Below the pieces are notes generated by a model that had not been told where the DNA came from, made no database searches, and was given only the letters and a program-made list of their open reading frames with translations. Shown here piece after piece: positions 9,981-18,504 of a stretch of DNA of 36,767 bases; position 1 is the stretch's first letter, and the number at the start of each line of letters is the position of its first letter. Origin of the DNA: Candidatus Sifarchaeum subterraneum (GTDB lineage Archaea > Asgardarchaeota > Sifarchaeia > Sifarchaeales > Sifarchaeaceae); the NCBI GenBank assembly GCA_016292335.1, contig JAECRX010000053.1, forward strand, positions 1 to 36,767. The letters are read 5' to 3'. The position numbers and the translations under genes are program-made.

Positions 9981-11747
9981 ATGGTGAATAGAGAAATTAT
10001 TCTGCGAGAGTGGGTTGAAGACGCAATTGAAACACCTAGAATTGTCCCTGTGAGTTGGAGTAGTAAAGACATACCCCTTAGCACTGGAATTGATAAAAGT
10101 TTGACAAGAGAGGATGGATTTTTACTCGTTAAAGATGGAGTATTAATCTGGATACCACAATCATTAGCAATGGACATTAAAGGAGTTAAAGGAAAGCTTT
10201 CGGCACAGTTTAGTGGAGGTAGACTGAAGAAAGGTGCAGTAAAAATTGGGGAGGTTGCATTAAAATACGCACTGTCAACGGTGACTGGAGGCATAGGAGG
10301 GGCGATTTTTACAGCTGTAAAATGGATCGCTAAGCGTTCTCGAAACAACAAGCTGGTTATGCTTCCGCCTCCTATTGAAAAGTTAGCAATCTATCCCTCA
10401 TCTATAATTGGGAAAGCAGAAGTAGAAATTCATCCCGGTGAACCCGATTACTACCTAATCAAAATTGAAACAATATTCCAAGATGAAACGGAATATGGGT
10501 TAAGAATTTTCGAAGATTGGATGTATGGACATCTGGCAATTCATGATAAGAATTTTTTCGTCATACCAGATAATGAGTATATAACTAAATTCATTCAAAT
10601 ATTGTTTTTGCAAGTCACCAATCGGAGTGTTAAACCAGATATTTGTAAAATTACATATGCTTTGGGTAAATTCGGGTATCTTAGTCTAGGACCCTCGATT
10701 CTTTTCAAAAAAACAAAAAGACATGGTGTTATCCAACCCGCTTATTTTGTAGAATTTGGTCGTAAAACGAAAAAAGGACCATTTGACAATCTTGATGACA
10801 GTCTTAAGGTTTTATTGGAAATTGTTCCAATCGCAGCTAAAGAAATTGAAAAGGGAATTAATATTAAAGAAGTAAGTCAGTTACTTGAAGAGAGTGATAA
10901 GCAAATCAGGAGAGGAAAATATGATACCGCAGCAGATATGTTTTTGAACGCCGCCAAAATTTTAAGAACATACGACTGTGATGCCTTTTCCGATTATTGT
11001 ATTGAACTATCCATAGAAGCCTATAAAGATGCAAGTGTCGGTCTATTAGAGGAACAAAGGATTGAAGAAGCGGGGGTTGTATTTGAAAAAATAGGAGAAC
11101 TCTATGCCGACCTTGAGAAGAATATTCTTGCTCGTGAATATTATGATAACGCCTATGATTGTTACCTAAATTTGGCCAGATCTGAAGAAAATGTTTATAA
11201 GATGGCTATCGCACTGTATAAAGCCGTTTTTGCCAAAATAAATTCATTTCACTACACAAATGTTTATAAAAAGCCATTTGAATTGAAATTGATTGAAGAA
11301 ACCATAGAACAAAGTCTATTCGAGAGAGATGATGACATTAAAAGAATCAAGGCAGAGCCCTTCTATAACTATGCAGAAACAATCTATCAGGCAACAAGAT
11401 TTCTTGACATAAACAAACTCAATAAAATTGATCATGAACTACTGAAAAGAGAAGGTCTTCTACATACAATCAACAGAATCAAAGAAATAATCAATGCTAC
11501 GCCCGCGATGCTAAGAAAATTCTATTTACAAGCCACACATAAAGCTGCGACGGGAATTAAAATAGCAGAAGGTGTAATCGACCGCGCGAAAGTGAAAGGT
11601 ATCGTTAAAAAGGCCGTAGAAAAGATTTCTAACACAAAATATATGCCAAAAGAAGTATTAGAAAAATTCCTTAAAAAATGCGAACTCTGTGAAACCATAA
11701 TTCCAATTGATGCAACGAATTGCCCTGGTTGTGGACTCAAAATTTAA
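9981..11747 (+). CDS. Hypothetical 588-aa protein: N-terminal domain plus Gly-rich hydrophobic helix, TPR/SNAP-like helical repeats, C-terminal CxxC...CxxC zinc ribbon
   Basis: ATG preceded by AGGTGG. Hydrophobic ALSTVTGGIGGAIFTAVKWIA (~res 97-117). Helical repeats around YDTAADMFLNAAKILRTY...AREYYDNAYDCYLNLA. Terminal CELCETIIPIDATNCPGCGLKI. Confidence 0.75.
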   Translation: MVNREIILREWVEDAIETPRIVPVSWSSKDIPLSTGIDKSLTREDGFLLVKDGVLIWIPQSLAMDIKGVKGKLSAQFSGGRLKKGAVKIGEVALKYALSTVTGGIGGAIFTAVKWIAKRSRNNKLVMLPPPIEKLAIYPSSIIGKAEVEIHPGEPDYYLIKIETIFQDETEYGLRIFEDWMYGHLAIHDKNFFVIPDNEYITKFIQILFLQVTNRSVKPDICKITYALGKFGYLSLGPSILFKKTKRHGVIQPAYFVEFGRKTKKGPFDNLDDSLKVLLEIVPIAAKEIEKGINIKEVSQLLEESDKQIRRGKYDTAADMFLNAAKILRTYDCDAFSDYCIELSIEAYKDASVGLLEEQRIEEAGVVFEKIGELYADLEKNILAREYYDNAYDCYLNLARSEENVYKMAIALYKAVFAKINSFHYTNVYKKPFELKLIEETIEQSLFERDDDIKRIKAEPFYNYAETIYQATRFLDINKLNKIDHELLKREGLLHTINRIKEIINATPAMLRKFYLQATHKAATGIKIAEGVIDRAKVKGIVKKAVEKISNTKYMPKEVLEKFLKKCELCETIIPIDATNCPGCGLKI

Positions 11748-12035
11748 CTCTTTTAGTTTCAATGCCTTATAATTAAAGATTCTTATCATTTTTTCTCAGC
11801 TTTTGACTAAAACCTTTAGATCAAGCAACATTTAGCAAAAAAAAAGGAAATATTTGTCTTGCAAATCTTTATTTTTTCGTTCTTGGGAATGCTGAGTGCT
11901 TCAATGGTTAATTTTTCCCAACATGGATCTCCGTAGGGTGAGTCCGACCCAAAACCAACTTGATTCGCACCAACTTCCTCGATCAATCTTTAAAGATAAG
12001 CAGACGGCAAAAAAGAGGGTTCAAAATGTTTCTTT

Positions 12036-13001
12036 TCAAATCTTTAAAAGAGATAAAGATCGTTCTACCAGTTCTTTGTCTATTTTTCCTGCTAAATAGT
12101 TTTTTCCTGTCCTTAAGTCATTTAAATTCATCACAGCAGGAGCAAATAAAGTTGGATCGATCTTATAGAAGTCTTTTCCTGCAGCTTTGAATATCTCGTA
12201 GAATGGTTTACCATAATCTTTGGAAGTACTGGAGGGTGTATTTTTTATTAGTTCTCCTAGGTCATCGTCTTCACTACTTATGACATTTAGGGTCACACAT
12301 CCTGCAGCGATTATCATGTCATTAGTAAGTCCCATTGCACGAAGGTCATTCTTCGCTATTGGTGCAATAGGACTAATTCCAAATCCGTATTTAATTTTCT
12401 TAGGATCAAAGCCTAACTCTGTTATTTTGTGTACCCCCGTCTCAACTATTCTGGCGGCAATTTGTATTGACCCCGCGATACTGGCTGTTGGCGCTACAAT
12501 TGCATATGTATTTTTTGGATCAACATCACATCTATCTGCAATTAATTGCATAACTTCTTCATTTGGAAGATCGCGGGTTTCCAATGTGATAATTGCTTTA
12601 TCCGCATCATCTCTATAATTAATTTTTTCGAAAAGTTCTTTTTCTACTAGAGATAGAGCTCTTGCGGGACCACTTCCCATTGCAAAGAATTTCCCTACTT
12701 TTATCCTCCATCCTGCAAATTGACTTCCAAGACATGCAATTGCTGGATGGTCGGTAGCAACATTTATTGCTGGTAAGTTATACCCTTCAAAATCCATCGA
12801 AGTCAGGGTTACATTGGCTAAGTTACCTAAACAAGCCTTACTAAGAAGTAATCCAGCTAAATGCCCGCCAGCTACCTTTATTCCACAATCTACAATTGTT
12901 GAACCATTTTTCAGTTTTACTACTTCCACGCTGAGAGTTTGTGAATTCTCAATCATCTCTTCTACTATCTTAAAGGCGTTATTATTTACATTTATGGCCA
13001 T
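12036..13001 (-). CDS. mch: Methenyl-tetrahydromethanopterin cyclohydrolase
   Basis: Full-length similarity to Mch recalled from methanogens: ...IVDCGIKVAGGHLAGL..., TDHPAIACLGSQFAGW, FAMGSGPARAL, VAPTASIAGSIQIAARIVETG, DYGKPFYEIFKAAGKDFYKIDPTLFAPA. Confidence 0.92.
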   Translation of the reverse strand: MAINVNNNAFKIVEEMIENSQTLSVEVVKLKNGSTIVDCGIKVAGGHLAGLLLSKACLGNLANVTLTSMDFEGYNLPAINVATDHPAIACLGSQFAGWRIKVGKFFAMGSGPARALSLVEKELFEKINYRDDADKAIITLETRDLPNEEVMQLIADRCDVDPKNTYAIVAPTASIAGSIQIAARIVETGVHKITELGFDPKKIKYGFGISPIAPIAKNDLRAMGLTNDMIIAAGCVTLNVISSEDDDLGELIKNTPSSTSKDYGKPFYEIFKAAGKDFYKIDPTLFAPAVMNLNDLRTGKNYLAGKIDKELVERSLSLLKI

Positions 13002-13245
13002 AACTTACACCTATTTGTGCCGGTTTGGATTATGCATATTCAATATGATTTATTGCTTTTTTGGGGAATGAGTAAGCTCTTGTAAAGCTTTTGAGGGTTA
13101 AGTTTAAGTTATTTTAAACAACCTTTTGCAAAATTTTTTGAGGGAAGTATTTCTGAATTATTTTTTGTTCATTCTTTATAAAGGGCTTAATCCTTTTCGG
13201 ATAAATTTTACAAAGAGTTGTTATTTTAAATTTATCAAATGTGCT

Positions 13246-14073
13246 TCAAAAAAGAAAGAGCTTGATTAAATGTGAATTATTTTTCTTTAAAACAAGTATC
13301 TCTCCCTTAATTTTTCCGGCTTCAGCGAGGTCACCAACGAATTTTAGAAAGGGACCTTCGTATGTCTCTCCCTCTACTTCGATTGACGGTATCTCTTCAT
13401 CAAATCTGAAGGATGGTAAAATTTCGTTAGCTTTACCTAGGATAATTATTTGACCTCCTGTCATTTCTGCTCCGACTCGTTCATCTGCATTTCCATGAAC
13501 AATTATTTTTCCTCCATGCATGTGGACTCCAACAAATGATCCTACATCCCTTTTTACATGGATCACACCATCTCTCATCCACTCTCCTACTTCTCCTCCA
13601 GCGTTCCCTTCTACAATTATTTTTCCTCCTCTCATCCCTCTCCATTCCCCTCTATATACAGCACCTAGGTAATTGTCTGCATTCCCTTTGATATGCAGTT
13701 TTCCACCACGTATTTCTGCTCCGCTCCATGCCCCTACATCACCTTCTACAAATATGGATCCTCCGCGCATAAGTGCACCCGTGTGCATGCCTGCATTACC
13801 TTTTATCACTATTTCTCCCGAAGTCATTCCTTCACCAACTCTTTTTGTCTTAGGAATTGAACCTTCGATCACTATTCGAGTTTCTTCTGGTGAGTTCGTT
13901 GTTTCTCCTTCTACTTGGAAAAAATCGGATAGCGGCACTTCTTTATTACCCTTCCAAACTTTTAATTGCTTGATTTCATCAACTGATTTTCCAGAAAAAT
14001 TGTCTGGAGTTATTATCTCCGCCTCTAACATGACATTAGGTTGACTAAGAGGTTTAAGGGAAAGTTCCTTCAT
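13246..14073 (-). CDS. fwdC: Formylmethanofuran dehydrogenase subunit C-like (GXGXG beta-helix) protein
   Basis: N-terminal LEAEIITPDNFSGKSVDEIKQLKVWKGNKEVPLSDFFQVEG, followed by tandem G-x-x-G repeats (IKGNAGMHTGALMRGGSIFVEGDVGAWSGAEIRGGKLHIKGNADNYLGA...). The ATG at 14073 gives the typical ~275 aa; the ORF extends upstream to 14214. Confidence 0.8.
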   Translation of the reverse strand: MKELSLKPLSQPNVMLEAEIITPDNFSGKSVDEIKQLKVWKGNKEVPLSDFFQVEGETTNSPEETRIVIEGSIPKTKRVGEGMTSGEIVIKGNAGMHTGALMRGGSIFVEGDVGAWSGAEIRGGKLHIKGNADNYLGAVYRGEWRGMRGGKIIVEGNAGGEVGEWMRDGVIHVKRDVGSFVGVHMHGGKIIVHGNADERVGAEMTGGQIIILGKANEILPSFRFDEEIPSIEVEGETYEGPFLKFVGDLAEAGKIKGEILVLKKNNSHLIKLFLF

Positions 14074-14396
14074 CTTGATCGCTTCGTTTGCGTTTTTAAT
14101 TTTCGAAGAATTTATGTGGTTATGAGAATTTTCGTAATTAATTAAGTTTTTTGTGGTCATAAGCAAGGTTTTTCCTGTGAGGGATCCTTTGTTCCATACA
14201 TGTTTGATGTTCATTACTGTTCGATTGCTGTTTCAGGTCACAGCCAGAAATGGTTAGCTTTTTTTCCTTCTTTTCTTCTTTTTCTCTCTTCCATTTGTTT
14301 TTTATACTTCTGGGAGGAGTAAATAACATATCTTCGTGGATAAATTTAGATGGAGAGCAGAAAATTATATAAGATTTGCAACATCAGGATCTTAAC

Positions 14397-14461
14397 GAAG
14401 AGTGTGCCAGAATATCTTATCATTTTAATCACTCTCTAGAGTGACCAGATTCACACTCTTC
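14397..14461. promoter_or_regulatory. Nested palindromes in the divergent fwdC / mtd intergenic region (candidate operator)
   Basis: GAAGAGTGTG (14397-14406) pairs with CACACTCTTC (14452-14461). The inner perfect 7-2-7 palindrome is TCACTCT-ct-AGAGTGA (14429-14444). Confidence 0.35.
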
Positions 14462-14521
14462 CACCTGTTTTAAAATTAACAATGAACATCAAACACTGAT
14501 TAGGAAATAATAAGGAAAGGA

Positions 14522-15370
14522 GTGAGATTCGAATTGAAAGATGATGTTTTAGTGGGGTTTATTAAAGTTGGAAATATAGGATCATCACCACTTTTAGAAT
14601 TTCTTTTTGATGAAAGAGCGGATAGAGATGATATTAAAACAAGAACTTTAGCTTCAGGCGCAAAACTTGGACCAGAGGAATCTGAAGAAATTGCCAAAAA
14701 AATGGTTGAATTCAAACCAGATCTGGTAATATGTTCTAGTCCAAACGCCACTCTTCCAGGCCCTTCAAAAATGCGTTCAGTAATGGCAGATGCGGGGATT
14801 CCAACGATTATTGTTTCTGATGCCCCTGGAAGAAAAGCTAAAGATGATATCGAAGAAAAGGGACAGGGATACATAATTGTGACTGCAGATCCAATGATAG
14901 GAGCAAGAAGAGAATTCCTAGATCCAACAGAAATGGTGATATTTAATGCTGATATAATCAAATTGCTAGCTGCAACTGGAGTTTTTAGACTAATACAGAT
15001 GGAGATTGATCGTGTAATCGATGAAATAAAAAAGGGAAAAGAACCGGAATTACCCAAAATCATAGTTAACAAAGAAAGAGCAGTGGCTGCAGGAGAATTC
15101 CAGAATCCCTATGCAGCAGCAAAAGCAATGGCCGCATATGAAATTGCTCGAAGAGTTGCAGATCTAAGTGTGGAAGGATGTTTCAAAATAAAAGAATCAG
15201 ATCGATATATTCCCATTGTCACGGCAGCGCATGAAGTTTTAAGGACCGCAGTTTGCCTAGCTGATGAAGCACGAGAAATCGAAAAATATGGAGATTACTT
15301 AAGTAGAACACCCCATAAGAAAGATGGAACAATTTTACATAAATTAAAGTTAATGGAAAAACCATCATAA
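14522..15370 (+). CDS. mtd: F420-dependent methylene-tetrahydromethanopterin dehydrogenase
   Basis: VGFIKVGNIGSSPLLEFLFDERADRDDIKTRTLASGAKLGPEE..., PDLVICSSPNATLPGP and the C-terminal HEVLRTAV region match Mtd. The start is ambiguous (GTG 14522, TTG 14534 or GTG 14552); GGAG at 14517-14520. Confidence 0.9.
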   Translation: MRFELKDDVLVGFIKVGNIGSSPLLEFLFDERADRDDIKTRTLASGAKLGPEESEEIAKKMVEFKPDLVICSSPNATLPGPSKMRSVMADAGIPTIIVSDAPGRKAKDDIEEKGQGYIIVTADPMIGARREFLDPTEMVIFNADIIKLLAATGVFRLIQMEIDRVIDEIKKGKEPELPKIIVNKERAVAAGEFQNPYAAAKAMAAYEIARRVADLSVEGCFKIKESDRYIPIVTAAHEVLRTAVCLADEAREIEKYGDYLSRTPHKKDGTILHKLKLMEKPS

Positions 15371-15534
15371 TGTAGATTGATAAATGAGCATTTTAAACAC
15401 ATATATTTTGTATAAAAAAGAAAAGTTAGAAGAGGTTATAGTCTCTCCTTATTCGTCTCATTACCGAAAATCACACTATTTCGGCCTCTTCTGGACTTTT
15501 TTCCCTTTCCCAGCGAAACAGATATATACCTGCG

Positions 15535-15572
15535 AGAACCACTCCCCTTGTGTGGTTCTTTTTCTATTTTTG
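15535..15572 (+). terminator. Hairpin plus T-tract downstream of mtd
   Basis: AGAACCAC (15535-15542) / GTGGTTCT (15552-15559) stem followed by TTTTTCTATTTTTG. Confidence 0.45.
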
Positions 15573-15722
15573 TCGTTATCACACTGCTACAGAAGAAGAA
15601 CCACTCTTTTTAACCTTTCTTTATTTTTCAAACGAAAAATCTCTGTAAACAAACTCAATCGGAACTCTATATCTATCAAAACAATCTTGTGAGGCGAGAA
15701 GAGATTAGCTAATAAATTGTTA

Positions 15723-16643
15723 ATGGAGGAAGATCGCTTGACAAAATTAAATGATGTAGAAATTGAAGATACCTTTGCCGAATGTTTCGATATTTGGATT
15801 AGTAGAGTGTTGATTACTGCTACATCACCCCAATGGGCAATGATAGCTGCTCAAACTGCAACAGGATTTTCAACTTCAATGATAATGTGTCCTTCCGAAG
15901 CAGCAATCGAAAAAATGGTGTCTCCTAATGAAACTCCTGATGGAAGACCGGGGGTTATTATTCAGATATGTCATACTAGCAAAAAAAAGTTGAGGGCACA
16001 ATTATTGGAACGAATTGGACAATGCATTTTAACTTGTCCCACCACTGCTGCATTCAATGCACTTGATGATCCAGAAGTTGAATTTAAAACAGGATCCAAC
16101 TTGAGATACTTCGGTGATGGTTTTCAAAAAAAGGCAACACTGAATGATCGTGAACTATGGAAAATTCCAGTAATGGAAGGGGAATTCTTAATCGAAAGAA
16201 TTTTCGGTGCAAAAAAAGGAATAGCTGGAGGAAATCTTATTCTCATAGGAGATAGTCCAGAAAATACACTAAAAGCAGCAGAATCGTCTGTCAATGCAAT
16301 CAAAAATATTGACTTTACAATTACACCCTTCCCGGGTGGGATTTGTAGAAGTGGCTCAAAAGTTGGATCATTGAAATATCCAAAGTTGCTTGCTTCGACT
16401 AATCACATATTTTGTCCTACAATAAAGGATTTAGTTCCAGATACGAAATTGTCAGAAAATGAAAATTGTGTCCTTGAAATTGTCATTAATGGGTTAACAG
16501 TTGATGCAGTAAGTAATGCAATGGCAAATGCAATTAAAGAAGCTGTTAAAATCCCTGGTCTTATCAAAATTACAGCAGCCAACTATGAGGGAAAACTTGG
16601 AAAACATAAAATTTACTTACATAAGATTCTTGAACCAAAATGA
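15723..16643 (+). CDS. ftr: Formylmethanofuran:tetrahydromethanopterin N-formyltransferase
   Basis: VEIEDTFAECFDIWISRVLITA...WAMIAAQTATGFSTS..., CPTTAAFN and the C-terminal GLIKITAANYEGKLGKHKIYLH are typical of Ftr. ATG 15723 preferred over TTG 15717. Confidence 0.92.
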   Translation: MEEDRLTKLNDVEIEDTFAECFDIWISRVLITATSPQWAMIAAQTATGFSTSMIMCPSEAAIEKMVSPNETPDGRPGVIIQICHTSKKKLRAQLLERIGQCILTCPTTAAFNALDDPEVEFKTGSNLRYFGDGFQKKATLNDRELWKIPVMEGEFLIERIFGAKKGIAGGNLILIGDSPENTLKAAESSVNAIKNIDFTITPFPGGICRSGSKVGSLKYPKLLASTNHIFCPTIKDLVPDTKLSENENCVLEIVINGLTVDAVSNAMANAIKEAVKIPGLIKITAANYEGKLGKHKIYLHKILEPK

Positions 16644-16675
16644 TTTTTTAGACCAGCCTTCTCTAGAGCCCTTTA

Positions 16676-17263
16676 CTAAAAAAATTGAAGTGTTAAAACA
16701 ATTGCCGCCGTTAAAACACCTGCAAAAACCATCTTGATCCCACTAATGATTACATTTTCTTTCGACAACCTACCTAAGAAGAAACCTAGGATAAAAAGGG
16801 TAAGGAGGACCAAAATGATAGATAGTAGTGCTGACAGTTCTGTAGGGAGTATTTGCAAATAAGCCAGGATAAACGGTATGACCGCTATTATTGCTGCCAA
16901 GAATGGAGCTAGACCGTCAATGATTGCGACATAGTGTGAAGCAAATCGCGACGCTCTATCTTGTAATGTTCCCTCTAAGCTTATAAGAAGATGTTCTTCA
17001 AGTTTCCTAAGTTCCCTTTCTCTTTCAGCTGTTTCGGTCAGATATGCCCCAAACATACCTGAAACCCCCATAGCAACACTCCCACCAATGCCTATACTTA
17101 TGATAGCTCTGGGATCAATGGGCCCTGCCACCATAGCGCCAACAATTACCCCCAACATCGTGAGAGAACCATCAAATGCATTCATGACAAAATAGCGTCT
17201 CGCTATTTTACCTACGCGAGAAACTTTTCTATATTGTCGTATTTTTTCCAAAATCTTTTTCAT
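16676..17263 (-). CDS. VIT1/CCC1-family (iron/manganese) transporter
   Basis: RRYFVMNAFDGSLTMLGVIVG signature, multiple TM helices and the central REL..LE coiled segment typical of the VIT family. ATG 17263 preferred over TTG 17272. Confidence 0.75.
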   Translation of the reverse strand: MKKILEKIRQYRKVSRVGKIARRYFVMNAFDGSLTMLGVIVGAMVAGPIDPRAIISIGIGGSVAMGVSGMFGAYLTETAERERELRKLEEHLLISLEGTLQDRASRFASHYVAIIDGLAPFLAAIIAVIPFILAYLQILPTELSALLSIILVLLTLFILGFFLGRLSKENVIISGIKMVFAGVLTAAIVLTLQFF

Positions 17264-17941
17264 TCTGCTCAACTTTTGTCTAAATCCTTGTTTCCATCAC
17301 AAAATCTCTGTTACAAAATTGATCCCAAGATTATTTTGTTCGCTTTGTTAAAAATTTCAAATAAAACATTACTTTATGTAATGAGTTCACTACTGTTGAT
17401 ATAACTTTTTTGGAAGAAATTCGTAGTCATTTATATTTTCATCATCACATATAGAACAAGAAACAGGATAAAAACTCGATAAAAATGTTTCTTAGACTAT
17501 TTCGCAGAATTTTACCTCAAACGCCTCAAGGAAGCATCGCCATTGATATAGGAGAGAAATTGCAGGTTTCGGTTACGGCTTTTCTTCGTAGCGGAGTTGA
17601 GTGGCTGTAGAGAAGGCGAGGAAGACCTAGTTTTCGAAAGAAACATGACATTCAGTACTTCTGCCGTAGAGCAGGGAGCTTGGACATACATTCCTAGGTA
17701 TTTGTAGCACCCCAAGCATTCATCATGTATAAAACAGGAACTCTAGTTAACTTTAGCATTGCTAGCACCATCACAAGCTCCTTCCTTCAGAGCAGAATAG
17801 TTGACTGTCGTGAGGGTCGAATCTGTTATTCAAAAATTTATAGAAATATATACAAATTTCTACAGAGATTTAGAAGTTTTGGGCGAGGTCTTCGCTTTTT
17901 TCTCTCACCCATTTTTTCGGGGGCTTTAAATAGTTTTTTGA

Positions 17942-18500
17942 AAAAAAATCCGTGAGAAAAATCAAGAGGCTCCAGAGGATTTGTTTCCATCGAAAAATCG
18001 CAGTCAGCTTTTCCACAGGAGAGGACAAATCCCAGATGGGCAAGGTGAAATCTGTAATTGGCTGTATAATCAATTACTTCAATTATCTATCAGCGACTAT
18101 CTAAACAAAAGCAAACAAAAACTCATGCATGAACGAAATTTACGCAATTTGATTCCCATCTTAAAAAAAGAACATCTATTTCTCAAAACGGTCCACTCAT
18201 CTACATTAAAGAATGTGGCTTTACGGCTAAAAGACACCTTCATCCACTTCTTTCGCAATCAAAATTAATATCCACGTTTTCGATCATGGAAAGCAAATTG
18301 GTTCTCTCTTTATTACATCAAGAACCCCGCCCTGAAGGATGTAACTTGAGGCTAGACTGAGTGAGTATGTATTATAGAGGTATAAGACATGAGAACTACA
18401 TCAGAGGGGCTACTAGTTATGGGGAAATTGAAAGAATACCTCAACCTTCGGCCAACGGATGAGGTTCGAAAATTAATCGCTATAAATATGGATGTGACTT
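17942..18500 (+). pseudogene. tnpB: Truncated, stop-interrupted N-terminal relic of IS200/IS605-family tnpB
   Basis: The frame reads ...FPSKNRSQLFHRRGQIPDGQGEICNWLYNQLL...LIPILKKEHLFLKTVHSSTLKNVALRLKDTFIHFFRNQN*YPRFRSWKANWFSLYY. Compare the TnpB N-terminus: yP.keQ...l...fG..R.vyN, lK.e.pwlkevhS..lq.al.rL..Af.nFF, G.PrFKsk. There is an in-frame TAA at 18266-18268 and no RuvC or zinc-finger part follows. Confidence 0.55.
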
Positions 18501-18504
18501 GTAT

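Noticed and set aside
11915-11990. GC-rich patch downstream of mch (GGATCTCCGTAGGGTGAGTCCGACCC...CCAACTT...CCAACTT)
   Set aside because: It has only a 4-bp GGGT/ACCC stem and a 7-nt direct repeat, with no recognisable RNA-family motif or coding signal. It is noted as a compositional oddity but is too weak to report.
12220-15072. Antisense ORFs inside mch, fwdC and mtd (12220-12618, 13673-14044, 14500-15072). Similar shadow ORFs occur elsewhere (e.g. 9962-10351, 19994-20359, 28982-29272, 30593-30907, 31489-32127, 36014-36241).
   Set aside because: Each is fully nested opposite a confidently identified gene. Their Ser/Ile/Phe-rich composition is typical of the reverse frame of AT-rich coding sequence.
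15384-15692. 102-aa ORF between mtd and ftr
   Set aside because: The translation is low-complexity and Phe/Leu/Ser-rich, and there is no SD motif. The ORF spans the terminator-like hairpin (15535-15572) and its T-tracts, so it is most likely non-coding spacer.
18455-18480. GGTTCGAAAAT, a T-loop-like string suggesting a tRNA
   Set aside because: There is no acceptor, D or anticodon arm around it. It lies inside the tnpB relic frame (…RPTDEVRKLIAI…).
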